From the NCBI GenBank assembly GCA_964106915.2, contig OZ066917.1: a stretch of 64,000 nucleotides of DNA. One strand, written 5' to 3'. Shown here piece by piece: positions 27,401-36,100 of the stretch. The number at the start of each line of letters is the position of its first letter. Within the stretch, counting starts at the first letter, position 1. Source of the stretch: Podarcis gaigeae (Eukaryota). The notes under the pieces were generated by a model that did no database searches, was not told the DNA's origin, and saw only the letters and a program-made list of their open reading frames with translations. A program made the translations under genes and the position numbers.

Positions 27401-30086
27401 CAATCAACCATACAAAGATGAGTAACTTTGTCTCTACTAACATTTCCTGACATCATTTATTTTCCTGTTCCTTATATTTCTCGCTTTTTTCACAAAAGTG
27501 CCTCAAAGCTACCAATAATGTAAAAATAAGCATTAAACAATTTGTAAAATAAGTGACAAGGAACTTAAATGTAAAAAATAAAAAGATATGCTTCCACCAC
27601 TGTTAAGATATTTCTCTTGCTTGGAAACCAGAAATTTAGTGTATTCCTTAAAACACAAAAAAGCCTTACCTTGGCTTTATGAAACAGCTTTGATTTGCGT
27701 GCTTCTTCTTCCGTCAGTATGCCAGCATAGCAGTAGCAGCCAAGAACACCAGTCAGGAGGCTGACACAACGTACTAGGATTATTGCAGATGCAACCTTCA
27801 AGTCAAACACAAAAATACATGCTAAACTTTGCATCTGAATAGTTATTAATACTTATATAAAGTTCAGAATACAGTGGTACCTTGGGTTACAAACACTTCG
27901 GGTTACAGACTCCGCTAACCCAGAAGTAGTACCTCAGGTTAAGAACTTTGTCCAGGATGAGAACAGAAATCGCGTCGCGGCGGCGTGGTAGGCCCCATTG
28001 CTAAAGTGGTACCTCAGGTTAAGAACAGTTTCAGGTTAAGAACGGGCCTCCGGAATGAATTAAGTTCATAACTAGAGGTACCACTGTACCTTCATGAATT
28101 GCAGGCTGCTAAGATGAAGCTGGTAAACAGAGCGCACTTACTCTGCCTATGTGTGATTTTAGACTCACAAGGACAGAGCAACCCTACCTGACAGGGAGCA
28201 GTGGGGCAGAGTGACCACAGCATCTGAGGCCCCGCTACTTCTGCTGGCCAAGGCAGAAGGTGAGGTTGAAGTTTTTTGTGGTAGCTCCAGGCTGCTGCAG
28301 CTGATGATCAAGACTGATGCTGCTTGGGAGCTCCAAGGCCACTGGCAACCCACCCCAAATTGTCCCATTTTAGGGTTTTCTTCTGGCTATCACCAGCAAC
28401 AGCTTCCCACCTGCCAGGGCAAAGATGTTGCCCCAGAGGTGCTCTTCTGAGCTGATTCAGGCACAGAAAGAAACTTACGCCATCCAAGAGCAGAAAAGAG
28501 GAACTCCTCCCACTTCATTGCAGCAGCCATGTTTAGATGAATGTCTAAACATGCCATGTTTAGATGAATGTCATGTAGTATGAGCCACCAGGGACTGGTC
28601 CATCAACAGGCATGGGCCACTGTCCCATTAACCTCAGCTTGCCCTCAGCCAGACCCCACCTGCCCACCTTCTTAATTACAATCAGTCCAGGGAGTGGCAC
28701 CACCTATCAACTTTCTTTTTCCTGCTTTCTGTTTCCCCTCCTAAAAATCACAGGGAGGATGGGGACAAAGCTGGGGATAGGCTTTGCCTGTCCTTGGCTC
28801 TGACTCTCCATAATGTTGGGTCTCCCTGCCTTCTGTCCTACCATTCCCAATGGGCACCAGCCACCATAGCAAGCCACCATTTGTCTGTTTTATTAATTAT
28901 GTGACGTATATCAAAAGCTGCTCACAAATATTCTTGATGAGGATGTACTTTGAGATACCTTTCTTTTCCAACTTACCTCAGGCATAAAGTTACTCAGAAG
29001 TTGTTCTGATATCTCCAACAAGTTCTGTTCTAAGGCTTCTCTGTGTTTTTGACTGACTGTTAATCTGGAACTGAGCAATTTGCTTTCAAATGTATCATTT
29101 GCCACATTTGTAAACATGCCTATTTCATCGAAAGTTGTTTGCATGTAGAATGTTTCAATTTCTGAACGGCTGGCTTCTTCTGTGTCTTGTGCATGTTGTG
29201 TACTTAAAAAAAAAGATGACAAATATTATCTATCACTGATATTTCACTACAGTATTTGAAACCTTTAAAACCAAACACAGAATAATGAAAATTTAATTGT
29301 ATTTGATTTCCAAAATACTCTAATAGATGAGTTGAAACCAAAGGCATGTCTTCATATAATAACATCTGTACACCGTCTAATGAATTATGAACAGTCTCCC
29401 CTTTCCCACTGAATGTACAACCAGCTCTATTCATCTCTTGAAGAGCAGGAAGATAAGGCACCATAAACCCAGCAGCAACAACACAGCCTTATGCAAAAAC
29501 TGTACCTCTTTGAAGAGAGGCAGTAATACATGCACAGGTTTCTGAGGAGAGTGCTAAGAATTCCTCCTGCCATTTACATGTTACATGGGCAGTGAGGGCA
29601 ATCCACTTATAGAAACCTACTTCACAGACAGATGGTTTTTAACTGTATAAGGCAGCATTGGGGAATATCAGCCCAGGAGCCACATGCAGTCTTCAGGAAG
29701 CTTAAGCTATCATGACTGTATTTAACGAAAGCAGGAAACAAGCTGGATTTTTGGGAGCAGCCTACTTCCCAAGTGTTCGTTCCTGCCTTTGACCAGTTGG
29801 TTGAGCCAAAACCCAACCTACCAACCCTGCTAACCAAAGGGAAATCGTAGCCTAAATGTACTATGGTAAGAGCCACATCAATTGCTCTGGAAGACTGTAT
29901 AATAATGACTGCTTAAAAACCTTATGTTTACCCAAGCTTGCCTGAACCCTCTTTTTTAGTTCTCTCTTGCTCAGCCTCTTTGCGACACTGAGTTTTATTT
30001 TGCTTTCATCTAGTTTTTAAGTAGTTTCCATTGAATGTCGTTGCCCCACTTTTATTATTTTTCTGGAAACTACTTAGATTTTTGTT

Positions 30087-30127
<41 letters not shown>

Positions 30128-33100
30128 AGGAAGGAATGAATTCTTTGGGCTGAGAAAGGTTCTTCATCCTGGTATAGGGTCCATGAAACAAATTTCTAAA
30201 TTCTGCCCATAAAACAGAATAATTTTTTAAAATGAAACCAATTCTTAAAGATAATACCTCCAAGTGACAGAAATACTTATGTTGATCTTTAAAACATACC
30301 ATTCTGAAGCATTGTGAAAAAATTCCATTGCTGCCCTACTATTTTTCATAGTCAGACTTACAAGGATTTTTTGCAACTCTAATTTGGGAAAGTCACTGCA
30401 AAAGAATCAAAAGCATGTTTTAGACTTGACAGTCCCCAACACAGCATATCTGTTTATCTCTATGAGACCTCAAATAGAAACTTGATTAATTTTTTGAATA
30501 CAGAATTTTGAATAAAGGATACAGAAAAAATGTATATCAGATATACTGGAACAAATAAATCTAAATTAATATTAAAAGAAATGAAAATGTTTAACTCTTG
30601 TTTAACTCTCTAACAACGTATTCTACTGCCAGTTTTATTTAATTGGTAATCAAATCCATTCCGAGGGTTCAGGCAAATACAATGTGTTATCTACGTCTGA
30701 AACCAAGCTGGTCAAATAAAACCTAACAATATTAAAGTTTTATTTTCCTTTGATGTAAGACTAATTCTGTTTTAAGCCACTTTATTTCTCAAGCTGTTAC
30801 CTGCGTAGGATAGGTGGCGGCTCTGTCCTGTGTTCCATCTCCTCCTCTAAGTGGCAGAACAGAAGCCACTTCATAATGGTTTCTTTTAATGTAGAAGCCG
30901 CACTTCCTTCCCAATCATTCTGTACTGCCTCCGTTTTCGAAGTCTCTGGCACTTCCAAAGATGTCATCGCTAATGCCAAGCACTTTGCTGCAGAACTACA
31001 AGACATTATTTGCACAAGATTACCATCTGAATTTACAGCTCCAGTGCAGACCTGCATTTTAAATTTACAAAAATAACAGTGCCTTTTTGCAGGGAGGCGA
31101 GACTGTAATATGTCTGTTCTGATCTAAATCTGTTTTAAATATGACAAGTCTTGTGGCTGAGTCACATATGCCCCTCCACCAAAATATCTTCAGATTTTTA
31201 ACTGAAATCTCTCTCTCTCTCTGTGTAGGTTAACAGTTCTATCCCATACATGTGTACTTTAAAGTAAGTCACATGAAGTTAAAGGAGCTTATTCCTAGGT
31301 AAAGTATATAAGTTTTCATTCTAAACTACATTAGTTAATCTATTATAAAACACCCCAAACAGAATTTGTAATAGATAAGAGCGTTCTTATATTAGTTACA
31401 AAAATTAAATAGAAAAAAAGTAAAAGCACAGCAAAAGTTTGACAAATACAATTCTGGATATTAATTGGATTTGTACTAGTATAGGACAGAGCACTTGAAA
31501 CCCCCTTTGCTTGCCTTGCAGGGAAGACTGTTGATTAAGGCAGTTATCCTTCTGCTGGCCACCATCTGTGTAGTGATGCTAGGCGTCACTACATCCTTGT
31601 GGAGTTCCCCATTCTGTCAATTCAAAGGGTGGGAATGGGAAGGGTTGAGTCAACATGTTTGCCATCAAGTGATGGCATTGGTCCCAATTGTTGTGGCAGG
31701 TCCAAGCTACCACAGCAACCTGCCTATGCACCTCACCTTGCTTCATAAAATCCCACTAGTCTGTGGAGGGGAAAGTGTCGGAAATGTCTTAAGGAGCAAT
31801 CCTACTAATCTTACTAATGCAGCAGAAACAGTTGGTGCTTACAAAAGGATCCAAGTTACCTTGAAGGTTTGCATGCAGATAGTGAAAATATCTTCCAAAT
31901 TTCTCTATCCATTGCTATTAAGCCTCCTTGAATCATGACTTGAAGTAATCCAAAGCATTCCACTTCAGTTTGCTGAAGACTTAGGCTACGAATGACCAGA
32001 GACCAAACTTTTGACCAGATTCGCTGCAGTTCTGAGTTCTGCACAGGTTTCAGATCTAACTGTTGGCTTTGACACCATGCAACCTCTTTAAGACAACGTA
32101 ACACATAAGGCATCCGTTCTCTTCGACGCTGTTGAGACAGCAGCTGGTAAAGTATACTAAGCAAATGAGGACGTTCACAGTGAGGAAAGCTCATAGGGTA
32201 CTTCGATATCAATCTGGTCGTAATCTGCAGCCTTGAGGGTAGAAAAAGCAGAGAGATCTTGGAAAAAATGGAACTTGGAAAATTGGGGGGGGGACGGGGA
32301 CGGACGGACAAGAATGAATGTTTGTTTGTTTTTACCAGGGTATGACATAAAAGTCATTCTGTGAACTTTGCAGGTTGCTCCACACCACCTCCCAACCTGA
32401 TTCAATTCTCCTACGCTTGGATGGTACATCTCCACATTCTCTCTGTGTAGCAACATACGACTGAGTTATCTCCAAGACTTTGGTGTCTTCAGTAAAGACC
32501 TTTGCAAACAATAAGTGCATATTATAACATAACATTTTACATTAAAACATGCATTAAGAAAGAATGATGTAAGGCCAAAGCACTGTAGCTCCCAGCTCAA
32601 AATAGTGGACCAAACAGAAAAGGCCCTCTAGATGGGGATACAGAATCTGCACCCAAGCCTCCCAAGCCCATCTTAGATTGTCAATGTGGTACCCAAGTAC
32701 ACACCTGTGCATGTGCACAGGGAAGTAGGGGGAAAACATGGTACTTTTAGGTCATACTGGAGTGTCTCCGTGCTGTACTGCAATAGGAAAGGATTTACTC
32801 CTTTTTACAAGAAACAGTTTCTGAAAGCAGAACAATTTACCTGATGACAAATGTCAGCCATTAACTCAACCAGGCTTTCCTTCACAGCAATACTGCGGGA
32901 CCCTGCAGAATACTTTCCTCTGCTGCCTATGAGGTTTATCTCGTTCACTAATAGTTCATACAGGTTGTATACAATACTTTGCCATTTTGTCGGGTCACAT
33001 ACTCCTGTTTGCACAAGAACAGGACAAATTTAGCTCTGTGTAACTTATAATATGTGAACCAACCCCCAAACAATCTGTTCAAATATTTTAAAAGTTCACC

Positions 33101-36100
33101 AGCTATTAAGAATACCTAATATAACAATGCAAAAAAGTAACAGCTAAATCAAACAAGTATTTGAAGACTCAAACATGAATAGACACTATGAAAAACAATG
33201 ATAGTATACTAGCCAATTAAAAAATATCTGAATACTTTCCACAGAAGAATGCAGAAGTTTAGTCACCCTCCAACAGTGCCAACTGTTCCTGTAATATCTC
33301 TTCACAATTGGGCATGAAGTAACTTATGCATACCTTTTTCTTTGGCTTTCGCTCCATTTGGGTGATGAACACGAACCTGCAGCTGAATGAACTGAATGAT
33401 CTGCTCCTTTAGGAAATCTTTCGGCTTATACTGAGCCCATATATAGAGCACAGTTGGCAGAATTTCCTCTCCTAGCTTACAAACCCGCATACGGTAGTTG
33501 ACTGCAAATACACTCAAATATACATTAATGGCCGCAAAAATATGATCGAGGCCTGCGAGGTTCCTTTCTTGCCTGCAACAGAAAAAAGTCATGGTTTGTT
33601 ATAGTAAACTAATTTAATGAGCATGCAAATACTAACCTCTACTGGGTATAGAGACCCAAGCTATGCTATGCTATTTTATTTTAATTCTGCCTTTTCTCCA
33701 AAGTACTCAAGGTACGCAAACCATCAGGAGGAGAAAAAATGTAGTTCAGTTCCAGTGAGAGAGAGAAGAAAACTGTACCATAAAGGCTTTGGAAGAGAGG
33801 ACAGTTATAGGACCCTGTAACTGATAGGCTGACAGTTTTTGGTAACACATGGCAGTGATAAAGGTAACTATTGTCATACATAAGGAAGAACTAGAAAGTT
33901 GACCGTATTGAGCTGACCCGAAGAGCAATAATTTCTGCTGCAGCCAAGCCTTGCAGAAAGGATTATACAAAGATTGGAAAATATGGTGGCAGCTGACTTA
34001 CAGAGAAGTTTTTTTCTAAACCTTTTTATTATAAGAAGGAGTTCTCAAAACTAAAAAAAATACACATTTTGGAAGAAAGATATCATTTCTGCTCTTGTGC
34101 TGTTATCCCCAAGAAATGGCAAATGTTTTTGAAGCAAGGAAAGTGCAATGCTTTAATTTTAAAATTGGCTCCAAATACCGTACTTGAAAGTAATTCAAAG
34201 ATATGAAAGCAAGATGTAGAAAAGATTTAGATTAGTTCAATGAGACTGAAAAGCAAGTGAACTTAAAATACATTAGAATAGTGGAAGTTTAAGTTTAGAA
34301 GAGTAACCATGTTAAACTTAAAATTGATACACCAAAAGAAAAGGAAATTTACCTTGCAAGCTGCATAGCTCTAGAGAAGAAGCTTAAAATTGTAGAATTT
34401 AACCCATCAGTTTGGAGGCACAGTCCTCTGGTCAATGTATAAATTATTCTAGCCACCAATACTTTGTTAATATCTCTACAAGGTTTGAGAAACAATTTGA
34501 AGTACAGGTTTTGGAGATCTAGGAGAAGAAAATCAAATTCATATTACTGTATGAATTACATTTTTACTGTATTTTTGGTTTTTATGGAAGCCGCCCAGAG
34601 TGGCTGGGGAGGCCCAGCCAGATGGGCGAGGTATAAATAATAAATTATTATTATTATTATTATTATTCCTTAACTAAGTCACAAAAACATGTGTGTGTTT
34701 ACTAAATATTTCCAGTCCTTTCCACTGATCATTCCTATGTTAAGAATAGTTGCAAAGCAAACAGGTAGCTCCCCAATGGGTTCATTTATGTTAAGATGTC
34801 ACACATTTGAAAAAGGTGTTTCTCATTATCCCAGCCTTGTACAGTGGAACCTCAGTTTTCAAACGTAATCTATTCCGGAAGACCGTTTGACTTCTGAAAC
34901 ATTCGAAAACCAAAAACTGCAAGTGGAAGCCTCAATTCAATAGGGAAACTCAAAACGGAAGCAGTGTCGGACGCTCGGGTTCCAAAAAACATTTGAAAAC
35001 CGGAGCATTTATTTCCGGGTTTCCTGAGATTTGACTGTATTTAAAAACTTGCCTGCTATCACATCCAACAAGGAATTGTATGCAGGCAACTGAGCTGCCT
35101 GGTGGAGAAAGGATGGAGCACCAGCTATCTTTTGTGCTCAGTATAGAATTGGGCAGGCTACCAGACAATGGAAGCACTCAGTATAGAAATACAGCATGTT
35201 GTTGCAAGAGAATGGAGTTCTTAACGCTTCCTCTACTAGTCCCTAGAAGGCTAGTAACAAATTTGCAGGTCTATGTAGAAGGACATTTTAGCTGAGAGTA
35301 CCAGCTCTTCCACTTTGTCTCAACTTTATGCAGCGAACACAAATACTGCATACATGCAGATATTTTCTTCAGCAGATATATAAACTGTGGGAGCCACAAT
35401 GAGCATGGTTTTGCTACAGAGCAAAACCCGTTAGGCCAGCTTTCCCAGGTACATAGGTTTTTAAAGATGTGTGTATGGTTCTACTGTTGTAAATCGCTTT
35501 ACTTTTGTAAACCACTTTGAGGTTTTTCATAATCAAGCGGTGTACAGTTGTACCCTGAGTTGCATAACCTCCAGGTTACGGAATCTTTAGGTTACGGCCG
35601 CGGCAAACCCAGAGTGGGTTTGCCCTGCGTGCATGGACAGAAACACTCTGTGGCACCACACATGTGTGCAGAAGCAGCCCTCCAGTTACTTAATTTTCGG
35701 GATAGAGCTGGGCCTCAAGAATGGATCCCGTTCATAACCGGAGGTACCACTGTATACCTTTTATGAAATAAGTAAATAAATAAATGCTTTTACATGTTTC
35801 TGGCAGGAAATATCAATATGTATGAAGCAATTGTATTTTCAATGTGTCTGAGCTACTCTCAATTGCCTCTGAAGAAAAATTCAAAAGAGGGCTGCATCCA
35901 TGTAAGCAATTTAGTTAAATACAGTAAATTCACAAAATGAAGTCCAACTACAGCCACATTTCATGAAAAGTGAATAATCAATGATGCAGTTCAGGCACAT
36001 AAATATCAATACAGACAGAAACTGTGGGAAGCAGGGTATTCTATACTCATGCAGCCCCCCACAAAACAGCTTCCTTGTTCTTTGTAAACTAAGAAGGGAA

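Noticed and set aside
31495-31938. 147-aa plus-strand ORF overlapping the end of ATM exon 10
   Set aside because: TTG start, no recognisable domain, no promoter or splice support
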